Assembly: GCA_041178085.1 (NCBI GenBank)
Contig: JBEGVZ010000046.1
Location: 1-15,381 of the forward strand
Length of the DNA stretch: 15,381 bases
Origin: Pseudomonadota bacterium
GTDB taxonomy: Bacteria; Bdellovibrionota_B; Oligoflexia; Oligoflexales; RGVZ01
Direction of reading: 5' to 3'
A program made the position numbers and the translations under genes. Positions 1 through 8,859 of this stretch are shown in pieces (positions within the stretch are counted from its first letter, which is position 1; every line of letters begins with the position of its first letter). The notes below the pieces were generated by a model that worked only from the letters and a program-made list of their open reading frames with translations, made no database searches and was not told the origin of the DNA.

Positions 1-849
<849 letters not shown>

Positions 850-994
850 TAATCCTGTCTAACTGTTGCTTCAAAAAAATTGATTTTGGGCAACAGACTG
901 ATGATTGTTTAACGAGCCAATGGCTCGGCGACATCTTTCGATCTCGCGAATCAGCAATCTGATTTAATTCACGAACAAATCTTGGCTATTCAGT

Positions 995-1006
995 TTTCAA
1001 AGAGCA
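995..1006 (-). promoter_or_regulatory. rrn leader antitermination boxA
   Basis: The - strand reads TGCTCTTTGAAA (consensus TGCTCTTTAACA), about 150 nt upstream of the 16S. It is preceded by a boxB-like imperfect hairpin closed by CGCGA/TCGCG (about 1008-1056). Confidence 0.85.
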
Positions 1007-1064
1007 CCGCGATCGTTTTTGCTGCCTTCGCTTTCGTTTCGGCCGCTGCGTCGCGTGGAAAGTG

Positions 1065-1093
1065 TGTATACGCATGCGGTGCCTGCCGGTCAA
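1065..1093 (-). promoter_or_regulatory. sigma70 promoter of the rRNA operon
   Basis: The - strand reads TTGACC (1093-1088), 17 nt spacer, TATACA (1070-1065). An A-rich UP-like tract (GAAAATTCTGGAAGAAAAAGT) lies immediately upstream and boxA lies downstream. Confidence 0.75.
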
Positions 1094-1418
1094 ACTTTTT
1101 CTTCCAGAATTTTCAGATTTCTTTACGAAAAATAGGAAACTCAACAATTACAGCAGGTTACGCTCGGTGTACCTAGGCGTAATTGCAGGACTTTTTGCTT
1201 AAAAAGGAGTCAGACCCCCTCCTTCAGACCGTCTTTCTGATGCAACTTCGCAAAAAAATATCTGAGAAGGCCGAAAAAGACCCCCGAAGGCGCTGGCTGA
1301 ACGGGCATTTGCGCCAAAATCGCAGAATTACCCGGTGTGCTACCATCTAAAGGAAATCACACGTTACACAGGCCCATGTTTTCGAGCGCGAAACTCGCGA
1401 AAGAAATTGCGCACCAAA

Positions 1419-4268
1419 GTGGACCAGACACAAAACACGCGATTCATCGATCACTTCTATCAGCACATCTCAGAAGATGACTGGGCTGATGGCGTTGATT
1501 TGTATCAGAGCGGAAGAATCGCAAACCTGCAGATTTTTCCTGGCCTCGTCACAGCGAAAATTCGCGACACTTCTGCAAATCCACTGGAAGTGCGCATCAA
1601 GCTTCATCCAAGTGGTGCGTTCATCCAGTGGATTGAATGCACGTGCAAGAAGAACCGCGTGCAAGGTCGTTTCTGCGAACACATCGCAGCAATGGCTGTG
1701 CACCTTGATCGCGAGCGACCCGACATCGTCAAACGCTTCGACCTGCGAATGCCTGTCAAGCCTCCGGTGAGCACTGCGCGCAAGAATGCGGCAAACACAA
1801 TGCCGGCTGAAGGCGCCAAGGAAGGCAGTGCCACTCCACAAAAAGGGAAGACAGCAGGCGCCGTACAATCGTTGATCAACCAGGCCGGCGAAGGCCTGCA
1901 CAGCATTTCGCTGCTTGCCGGAGGCCCGATGCTGCGGGTCCGCGTTGAGTTGAAAGCGGGACAGGTCTCACATTATGACTTGTCTCTCGACGAAGCCGCC
2001 AGGTTCCTTTCAGACCAACCCAACCATGCAAAGGCATCGGCAGAAGTTGCGGAATTACGCGTCTATACTTTTGCTGCGCGCCTTGGCTTGCGCGTCTATA
2101 GCGAAGACGACGAAACGATTGTGGTCGAAAAGTGCCTTGCCATCGATGCTGAACGTGACCGGCGCCTGGCGGTACAATTGCGTAAACTTAAAGGCGGCAT
2201 TGCAGAAGCAATGCAATTCGACCGCAACGCTGATCCGCCCGAACCACGCAAGGTCAATCGAGCGTTCCAGCTCAGCCCGTCGAAGACCCTGCACCTGGGG
2301 CAACAGTATTGTTTTCTTCCGGGTATTGGATATTTTCCGCTCGATCGCGCCGGCACGACACCAGCCTGGCAGGAAACACCGGACGCACAGCGCTACGCAG
2401 GCGACGATGCTGCAGCACTTGCAGAATCTGCATTCAAGGGCCTGGCAACCACTGGCACGCTCTGGATTGATCCAGACTTGATGGACAACGTTGTCCTCAC
2501 CGCACCAAAGTTGTCCGAGATCGAGTTTTTCGGCGAAGAAGACGGCTGGTTCAATCTTGATCCGAAATATTCAGCGGGTGGACAAGTCGTTTCGATGATC
2601 GACCTGATCCGGGAACTCAAGAAAGAAAAGCGAAAATACATCAAGACTGGAAAAGTCTGGCTGAAGATCCCGGACCTCGTCGCCAGCTACAACTGGCAGA
2701 CCAGTGAGGATGGCAATGCACTCAAGGTCAACACGCTTGGACTCATGCGGCTGAAGGCTGCCTTGGGGGGATTTGACCAGTTCGCCGGTAGCAAGAAAGT
2801 CCTCAACACGCTGCGCAGCAAATATGAGTTTTCACCGGAGTCGAAACTCCCTGCGCTGAAGAACAAGTCGCTGCACCTCAGGCCTTACCAGGAAACCGGA
2901 TTGAAGTGGCTCTGGTGGCTTCGGCAGAACCACCTGCATGGCCTCCTTGCGGATGAGATGGGCCTCGGAAAAACACACCAGGCCATGGGGCTGCTTAATC
3001 TCGTCAGCCAGTCACAAAAGACCTGGCGTTTCCTGGTCATTTCCCCAACGACTGTCCTCGATCACTGGGAAGACAAGCTGCGCGTGTTCTCGGCTGAACT
3101 GAACCCGCTGAAATACCACGGCCCCGCCCGGGCCAGTCTTGCAGAAAAGGTCAAAGCAGAGAAAACGACTGTCGTTACCAGCTACGGCGTTCTGTTGCGT
3201 GACCAGAAGTTACTGTCATCCATGAAATGGGATGCCGTAATTCTGGATGAAGCCCACTTCGTTAAAAACAGCGAGACAGCCACCTACCAGGCAGCCTGCC
3301 AGCTAAATACAGAAATGCGCGTCTGCCTGACCGGTACTCCCATGGAGAATCACCTCGGTGAATTGAAGAACATCTTTGACTTCCTGCTTCCGGGGTATCT
3401 TGGATCCGACGACTACTTCCGACGCAACTTTTCACAGCCGCTTGCAGACGGCAGCAACCTGGAAGTTGAACTGGCACTGCAAAAACTTCTGCACCCTTTC
3501 AAGATGCGACGGACAAAAAACAACGTTCTTCCCGACCTGCCTGCGAAAATCGAAGATATACGCCACTGCGGAATGTCTGAGGAGCAGGTATCCATGTACA
3601 AGGATGTCCTTGCACTAAAGGCAAGGCCACTCCTCGAACAACTGCAGAATGACCAGGCACCCGTGCCTTACTTGCACGTCTTTGCGACGATTTCTTTACT
3701 CAAGCAGATTTGTGACCACCCCGCCCTGATCAACAAGTCCGGCGACTATACCAAGCACTCCAGCGGAAAATTCGATTTGTTGAAGGAGTTGGTGGAAGAA
3801 GCCCTCGGATCCGGACACAAGATCGTTATCTTCAGCCAGTACTTGCAAATGATCGAGATCATAAAAAAGCACCTTGGATCGCTCGGCGTCGGTCACGTTT
3901 CACTCACCGGTCAGAGCAAAGACCGGGGTGCAATCATCAGCAAGTTCCAGAACGACGAAGACTGCAAGGTTTTCGTTGGCTCCCTGCTTGCCGGCGGTAT
4001 TGGTATCGACCTGACGGCGGCGTCGGTCGTCATCCACTATGACCGCTGGTGGAATGCCAGCAAGGAAAACCAGGCCACTGACCGGGTACACAGGATCGGC
4101 CAGAACAAAAACGTTCAGGTCCTCAAACTTGTGACGCGCGGGACACTGGAAGAGAAGATCGACCGGTTGATTCAGAATAAACGGTCGCTCTTTGAAAAGT
4201 TTGTCGACAGAGACGAGGAGATATTCAAGAATTTGACCCGCCAGGAGCTGATAGAGCTCCTCCAGTGA
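1419..4268 (+). CDS. SWIM zinc finger / SNF2-family (SF2) ATP-dependent helicase-like protein
   Basis: SWIM motif CTC-x9-CEH (about 1638-1682). SNF2 motifs LRPYQ..GLKWL, ADEMGLGKT (Walker A), ILDEAH, TGTPMEN, IFSQY, GIDLT and QATDRVHRIGQ. The ORF is open from 1335; GTG at 1419 (or TTG at 1407) is the more plausible start, but this is uncertain. Confidence 0.93.
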   Translation: MDQTQNTRFIDHFYQHISEDDWADGVDLYQSGRIANLQIFPGLVTAKIRDTSANPLEVRIKLHPSGAFIQWIECTCKKNRVQGRFCEHIAAMAVHLDRERPDIVKRFDLRMPVKPPVSTARKNAANTMPAEGAKEGSATPQKGKTAGAVQSLINQAGEGLHSISLLAGGPMLRVRVELKAGQVSHYDLSLDEAARFLSDQPNHAKASAEVAELRVYTFAARLGLRVYSEDDETIVVEKCLAIDAERDRRLAVQLRKLKGGIAEAMQFDRNADPPEPRKVNRAFQLSPSKTLHLGQQYCFLPGIGYFPLDRAGTTPAWQETPDAQRYAGDDAAALAESAFKGLATTGTLWIDPDLMDNVVLTAPKLSEIEFFGEEDGWFNLDPKYSAGGQVVSMIDLIRELKKEKRKYIKTGKVWLKIPDLVASYNWQTSEDGNALKVNTLGLMRLKAALGGFDQFAGSKKVLNTLRSKYEFSPESKLPALKNKSLHLRPYQETGLKWLWWLRQNHLHGLLADEMGLGKTHQAMGLLNLVSQSQKTWRFLVISPTTVLDHWEDKLRVFSAELNPLKYHGPARASLAEKVKAEKTTVVTSYGVLLRDQKLLSSMKWDAVILDEAHFVKNSETATYQAACQLNTEMRVCLTGTPMENHLGELKNIFDFLLPGYLGSDDYFRRNFSQPLADGSNLEVELALQKLLHPFKMRRTKNNVLPDLPAKIEDIRHCGMSEEQVSMYKDVLALKARPLLEQLQNDQAPVPYLHVFATISLLKQICDHPALINKSGDYTKHSSGKFDLLKELVEEALGSGHKIVIFSQYLQMIEIIKKHLGSLGVGHVSLTGQSKDRGAIISKFQNDEDCKVFVGSLLAGGIGIDLTAASVVIHYDRWWNASKENQATDRVHRIGQNKNVQVLKLVTRGTLEEKIDRLIQNKRSLFEKFVDRDEEIFKNLTRQELIELLQ

Positions 4269-4281
4269 CCGGAGAAAACTG

Positions 4282-5562
4282 ATGAGTCGATTCGTGATTG
4301 AAGGTGGAAGGCGCCTGAGCGGGACGGTGCGCCCGTCGGGAAACAAGAACGAGGCACTCCCCGTTCTCATGGCCTGCCTCTTGACCGACCAGACCGTGAC
4401 GCTGGAACGTGTCCCCCGCATCGAGGACGTGCTCACGGTTTGCGACATCCTTGCCGGGATGGGCGTTAAAGTGGAGTGGGAGGACAAAGAAACCCTGCAC
4501 CTTACGGCACGCGACATCCACACCAGCACCCCGAGTGCGAGCCTTTGCGCAAAGATCCGGGCTTCCATTCTACTGATGGGACCGCTACTCGCCCGTACCG
4601 GCCGGATTGAACTGCCACTGCCTGGGGGCGATGTCATTGGTGCCCGCAGGATCGATACACACTGGGAAGGCATCGAAGCACTGGGCGGCCAGCTGCGCTT
4701 CCACGATGGAAAGATCGCAGGCCAGCTGAAAAAGGCGAAAGGCTGCGAGATATTCATGGACGAGCCTTCGGTTACGGCAACCGAAAACCTGCTTTTGCTC
4801 GCCGCGACTGCCGAAGGAACCACCGTTCTGCACAACGCCGCCAGCGAACCCCACGTGACCGGACTTTGCAACCTGCTGGTCGCCATGGGAGCTGAAATCG
4901 ACGGAACGGGCACGAACCGGCTGATCATAGAAGGAAAGAAACAACTCCACGGCGCACGGCACAAGATCGGTCCGGACTTCATGGAAGTGGGCAGCATGCT
5001 CTGCCTGGGGGCAATTGGTGGTGGCAAGGTACGGATTGAGGAGGCCGGGGTTTCTGACCTGCGATTTGTCCTGAAAACCCTGGGTCGGCTCGGTATCCAT
5101 CCGACGATGGACGGTGACGCCCTTGAAATCGACGGGACCAAACCCCTCGTAGTTCGCAAGGAAGTCAGTGGGCGGATGCCTACCATCTATTCGGGCCCAT
5201 GGCCCGCCTACCCTACGGACCTGATGTCTGTCGCGATTGTCGCGGCAACTCAGAGCATCGGGACCACGATCTTCTTCGAAAAGATGTTCGAAGGCAGGAT
5301 GTTCTTTACCGACAAACTGATGCAGATGGGTGCAAATATTGTCCTGTGCGACCCTCACCGGGTCGTGATCACCGGACCGAGCAAACTGTTTGCCGCGCGC
5401 ATGAGCTCCCCGGACGTGCGCGCCGGGATGGCCCTGCTGATGGCTGCAGCAATTGCAGAGGGCAAAAGTGTGATCGACAACATCCACCAGATCGAGCGCG
5501 GATACATGGACATCGACAAGAAGCTTTCCAGCCTCGGAGCGAGCATCACCCGCGAATCATGA
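4282..5562 (+). CDS. murA: UDP-N-acetylglucosamine 1-carboxyvinyltransferase, Cys-to-Asp variant
   Basis: 426 aa with SGNKNEALP, RASILLMGPLLAR, LPGGDVIGARRIDTH, SVTATEN, PWPAYPTDL, FEGR, DVRAG and IERGY. RBS GGAG at 4271-4274. Confidence 0.97.
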   Translation: MSRFVIEGGRRLSGTVRPSGNKNEALPVLMACLLTDQTVTLERVPRIEDVLTVCDILAGMGVKVEWEDKETLHLTARDIHTSTPSASLCAKIRASILLMGPLLARTGRIELPLPGGDVIGARRIDTHWEGIEALGGQLRFHDGKIAGQLKKAKGCEIFMDEPSVTATENLLLLAATAEGTTVLHNAASEPHVTGLCNLLVAMGAEIDGTGTNRLIIEGKKQLHGARHKIGPDFMEVGSMLCLGAIGGGKVRIEEAGVSDLRFVLKTLGRLGIHPTMDGDALEIDGTKPLVVRKEVSGRMPTIYSGPWPAYPTDLMSVAIVAATQSIGTTIFFEKMFEGRMFFTDKLMQMGANIVLCDPHRVVITGPSKLFAARMSSPDVRAGMALLMAAAIAEGKSVIDNIHQIERGYMDIDKKLSSLGASITRES

Positions 5563-5581
5563 CCTGGCATGAACACAGGCA

Positions 5582-5618
5582 AACGAAGAAACGCCCGCTT
5601 CAAGCGGGCGAATTCGTT
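5582..5618 (-). terminator. intrinsic terminator of gltX, possibly bidirectional with murA
   Basis: Perfect inverted repeat CGCCCGCT-TCA-AGCGGGCG (5592-5610), extendable by AACGAA/TTCGTT. On the - strand it is followed by TTTCTTCGTTT. It lies between convergent murA and gltX. Confidence 0.7.
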
Positions 5619-7057
5619 CCTGCAAGGTGATTCATGTAATCCCGGATCCGGAATCTGACCATTTCCCGGCCTAAAACGGCAAGCGTCTCAAAAAGAGGCG
5701 GCGAATCCTTGCGACCGGTGGTCACCATTCGCAAACTCAGGAAATAATCCTTGGGCTTCCACTTGATCTCGTCTTTGTGGGCCTCGATCATTTTCTGGAG
5801 GCTGGCGGCATCCCAGTCATAGAGTTCATCCAGCAATTCAACCAGCTGTCCCAACATCAACAGGAGCTCATCGGCAGTCTTGCCCTTGGGCAGGATCTCA
5901 AGATTGCGGTAATCGAGCGCGCCGCAGAAAAAGAAAGCATTGTTGTCAACAAACTGCTCGAACCTGGACATCCGCTCCAGGACGATTGGTTTCAGGGCCT
6001 TCAGATAGGCGGGACTAAACACTTCATCCCGCAGGAAGGAGACAAAGCGGGAGTCGTCCATCTTGTGCATATACGTCTGGTTCATCCAGGTCAGCTTGAC
6101 CAGGTCAAAGACAGGGCCGCCCAGATTGATACCCTTGAAATCAAACTTTTCCATCATCTGCTGGACCGTGAAGATCTCGACGTCATTGCCGAAACTCCAG
6201 CCCATCAGGCCAAGGAAATTGACCAACGCCTCAGGGAGTATGCCCGCGCGACGGTAATACGAAAGCGACACAGGGTTCTTGCGCTTGGAGATTTTGGACC
6301 GGTCCGCGTTGCGCAACAGCGGCATGTGGCACCATTTGGGCTCCGGCCAGCCAAAAGCCTTGTACAAAATCACGTGTTTGGGCGTGGAAGAGATCCACTC
6401 CTCGGCACGGATCACGTGGGTGATTGCCATGTGCCGGTCATCGACGACGTTCGCCAGATGGTACGTGGGGTAACCATCGGACTTCAGTAACACCTGGTCA
6501 TCAAGCCGGTGGTTCTCAAACTCGAGCTCGCCGCGAAGCTCGTCGACAAACTTCGTCACACCATCCGTCGGCATCTTCAAACGAATCACGTGCGGAATGC
6601 CGGCACCCAATTTCGCATCAACATCGGATGCCTTCAGGGCGCGGCAATGCCGGTCATACCCCGTCGTCAGACCCTGCAATCGTTGCTGGTTCCGGACTTC
6701 AGTCAGGCGTTCATTGGTACAAAAACAACGGTAGGCATGGCCGCTCTTGAGCAGGATTTCCGCATGTTCCCGGTAAAGGGCCGTCCGCTCGGACTGCCGG
6801 TAGGGGCCACAGGGTCCTCCCTTGTCGGGTCCCTCATCCCATTCAAGGCCAAGCCAGCGAAGGCTTTCAAGGATCATCGCCTCGCTGGACGCCCGGGCGC
6901 GCACCTGATCGGTGTCCTCAATGCGCAGGATAAAATCCCCGCCGTGCTTCTTTGCAAAAACGTAATTGAACAGGGCAATGTAGGCTGTGCCCACATGGGG
7001 ATCGCCGGTTGGCGATGGAGCGATCCGAACCCTTACTTTTTTTCCCGTATCAGACAT
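5600..7057 (-). CDS. gltX: glutamate--tRNA ligase
   Basis: VRVRIAPSPTGDPHVGT (HIGH), LRIEDTD, PYRQSER, YRCFC...YDRHC zinc cluster, PTYHLANVVDD, ITHVIRAEEW, KISKR (KMSKS) and a C-terminal anticodon-binding domain (TTGRKDSPPLF). ATG at 7057 is preferred over 7081. Confidence 0.97.
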   Translation of the reverse strand: MSDTGKKVRVRIAPSPTGDPHVGTAYIALFNYVFAKKHGGDFILRIEDTDQVRARASSEAMILESLRWLGLEWDEGPDKGGPCGPYRQSERTALYREHAEILLKSGHAYRCFCTNERLTEVRNQQRLQGLTTGYDRHCRALKASDVDAKLGAGIPHVIRLKMPTDGVTKFVDELRGELEFENHRLDDQVLLKSDGYPTYHLANVVDDRHMAITHVIRAEEWISSTPKHVILYKAFGWPEPKWCHMPLLRNADRSKISKRKNPVSLSYYRRAGILPEALVNFLGLMGWSFGNDVEIFTVQQMMEKFDFKGINLGGPVFDLVKLTWMNQTYMHKMDDSRFVSFLRDEVFSPAYLKALKPIVLERMSRFEQFVDNNAFFFCGALDYRNLEILPKGKTADELLLMLGQLVELLDELYDWDAASLQKMIEAHKDEIKWKPKDYFLSLRMVTTGRKDSPPLFETLAVLGREMVRFRIRDYMNHLAGTNSPA

Positions 7058-7168
7058 GGCAGCCCCCAGCCTTCCAGGCATCCTGCAGAACCCTTCGAAT
7101 TACCGTCCCCACAAGCGGTCGGTGAGTCCGTTTTTTTGTTGGACGGAAGGCACCTTTCCGCATTAGAT

Positions 7169-7184
7169 AGGCACCCTTGTAGCA
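7169..7184 (+). promoter_or_regulatory. possible sigma54 (-24/-12) promoter for the QueD-like gene
   Basis: AGGCACCCTTGTAGCA has exact GG-N10-GC spacing against the consensus TGGCACGNNNNTTGCW, with 3 mismatches, about 20 nt before ATG 7204. Confidence 0.3.
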
Positions 7185-7203
7185 GAACAGGCTTGGAACG
7201 GAA

Positions 7204-8145
7204 ATGGAAGACACGACAAACACGCCCGCGGTGCCGGACAGCACCCAAGCCGGAACATTGTTCGTCCGGGACATCGCACAAATCGACTGTGCCATCATGG
7301 ATCCTTCCGCTGGCGTATCCGGCCAGAGCTGGCACGTCGACCTGTCTGTCAGCGGAATCCTGGATGACAATGGTTTCGTTGTTGATTTCAGCCCTTTGAA
7401 GGCCATGGTCCGTCAAGTGTTGAAAGAATCTGTGGACCACGCACTTCTACTGCCGGTTGGATCACAGACCGTCCAGTTCATCGATAATCCCGTCGGGGAG
7501 TCCTGGCGCATGCGCTTCCGTCCACGTAGCTCCCAGACCGACCAGTTCTGGGACTATGAATGCCCAAAGGGCGCGGTGCTTCCGATCCGGGCTGTGGGCA
7601 TCAAGGCATCGGTGGTTGAGCAGGAGGTGGCAAGGATTCTCCGGCACCGCCTTTCAGAGCGTGTGCGAAATATCTCAATCAGCTTGCGGGAAGAAAAAAC
7701 GGACTCCACTGAAGCGACCTACCGCTACACACACGGAATCAAGGGCCATGACGGCCTGTGTCAGCGGCTGCTCCATGGCCATCGCAGCAAAATCGAGATC
7801 TTTATCGGCGAGGAACGCCGGCCTGACCTCGAACATTATATTGTACGGGAAGTCTTCGGATCCAACGTTCATATTGCGACACCAGACCAGATTGAATCAG
7901 GAAACGGCGAAATCGGACAACGCGGCAAAACCGACGCACCGATGACGCTTGCCTACCGCGGATCTCTTGGCGCCTATCGACTGACGCTACCTTCGTCGAG
8001 AGTCTTCCTGGTCGAGCGGGAAACTTCCATCGAATGCATCTCGACTGTGGTCGCCCAGCTGTTGAAGCGGGAAGAAAACCCGCGAGAGAAGCTGCGTGTT
8101 GTGTGCTACGAGGGAATCAACAAGGGCGCCGTGGCTGAACTCTAA
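7204..8145 (+). CDS. tandem T-fold 6-carboxytetrahydropterin / 6-pyruvoyl-tetrahydropterin synthase-like protein (QueD-like, COG0720)
   Basis: 313 aa, more than twice a normal QueD. The N-half has NGFVVDFSPLK...VDHALL. The C-half has YTHG...CQRLLHGH (C-x4-HGH), ETSIE and a terminal V.CYEG strand. Confidence 0.85.
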   Translation: MEDTTNTPAVPDSTQAGTLFVRDIAQIDCAIMDPSAGVSGQSWHVDLSVSGILDDNGFVVDFSPLKAMVRQVLKESVDHALLLPVGSQTVQFIDNPVGESWRMRFRPRSSQTDQFWDYECPKGAVLPIRAVGIKASVVEQEVARILRHRLSERVRNISISLREEKTDSTEATYRYTHGIKGHDGLCQRLLHGHRSKIEIFIGEERRPDLEHYIVREVFGSNVHIATPDQIESGNGEIGQRGKTDAPMTLAYRGSLGAYRLTLPSSRVFLVERETSIECISTVVAQLLKREENPREKLRVVCYEGINKGAVAEL

Positions 8146-8764
8146 GCGGCTCCCTTTGCCAGTCAACAATGTACCGAATCCATCTGTCGCGCAGCTGCTC
8201 GCTGAGTTGTTGTTCACTCAGGAATGACTCCGGGTGGAATTGCACACCCGCAGCCAATACACCTGAAATTGATTCTATGGCCTGCACATCGCCATGCTCG
8301 CAAACAGCGGTCACCCTGAGAAAAGAAGCAGCAATTGGGCGGCTGGAACTCACCCCTGCCAGGACGAGGGAATTATAACTGGCAGCCTGGAACGAAGCGC
8401 CAGCATCAAACAGGCGACTACCATCGCTGGCTGCCCTGATCAGCTTGCGACTGCCGTGGAACGGCTCTGCTGATTTTGCAACGCTCCACCCAAATGCAGC
8501 GCCAAGCAACTGATGACCCAGACAAACACCGAGCAACGGCACCCGCCCGGCAAGATCCCTGCACAACGAGAGAGAGAGCGGATAATCAAGCGGAGACTTG
8601 GGTCCAGGTGACAAAACGACCGGACAAAGGGACTTTTGCACCCTTGCCAGCGCAGTCCTGTCGTCTGCTGCCACTCGGACCACTTCGAGATCCACGGAAC
8701 CCGACTCAAGCCAGGCTTTCACGTTGAAACTGAAGCTGTCGAAATGATCGACAAAATAAATCAA
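8117..8764 (-). CDS. aminodeoxychorismate/anthranilate synthase component II (class I glutamine amidotransferase, PabA/TrpG)
   Basis: VDHFDSFSFN, VLSPGPKSP, PLLGVCLGHQ (nucleophile Cys), PFHG and GVQFHPES. TTG start at 8764 is preceded by AAGGAAG. pabA and trpG cannot be distinguished from sequence alone. Confidence 0.92.
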   Translation of the reverse strand: MIYFVDHFDSFSFNVKAWLESGSVDLEVVRVAADDRTALARVQKSLCPVVLSPGPKSPLDYPLSLSLCRDLAGRVPLLGVCLGHQLLGAAFGWSVAKSAEPFHGSRKLIRAASDGSRLFDAGASFQAASYNSLVLAGVSSSRPIAASFLRVTAVCEHGDVQAIESISGVLAAGVQFHPESFLSEQQLSEQLRDRWIRYIVDWQREPLRVQPRRPC

Positions 8765-8859
8765 TTTTGCTTCCTTGCCAGCTAAGAGAAGCACCCCACT
8801 AAGCGCTGCCGCATGCTAAAATGATTAAGAACAAAAATCCATGCAAGGCATGCCGGTCG

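Noticed and set aside
1335..1418. 28-aa basic N-terminal extension of the SNF2 ORF
   Set aside because: It overlaps an extended -10-like element (1338-1346) and lacks an RBS, so it is probably untranslated leader.
1419..4268. SNF2 helicase as part of a defence system (DISARM DrmD, Zorya ZorD, BREX-like)
   Set aside because: No methylase, nuclease, PLD or Zorya membrane genes nearby; the neighbours are rrn and murA.
3900..5487. Long antisense ORFs of 428 aa (3900-5186) and 300 aa (4585-5487)
   Set aside because: Shadow frames of SNF2/murA with no recognisable motifs, expected from codon bias in a moderately GC-rich genome.
5960..5990. Calling GltX discriminating from the Arg in VLERM (Thermus R358 equivalent)
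   Set aside because: The residue is not diagnostic, since non-discriminating Pseudomonas GluRS also has Arg; the glnS/gatCAB inventory is needed.
5777..7399. + strand ORFs of 237 aa and 296 aa
   Set aside because: Antisense shadows of gltX with no domain signatures.
7204..8145. QueD-like gene as a marker of a dpd (7-deazaguanine DNA modification) island
   Set aside because: No dpdA/tgt-like, queC, queE or folE genes in the window; the context is housekeeping.
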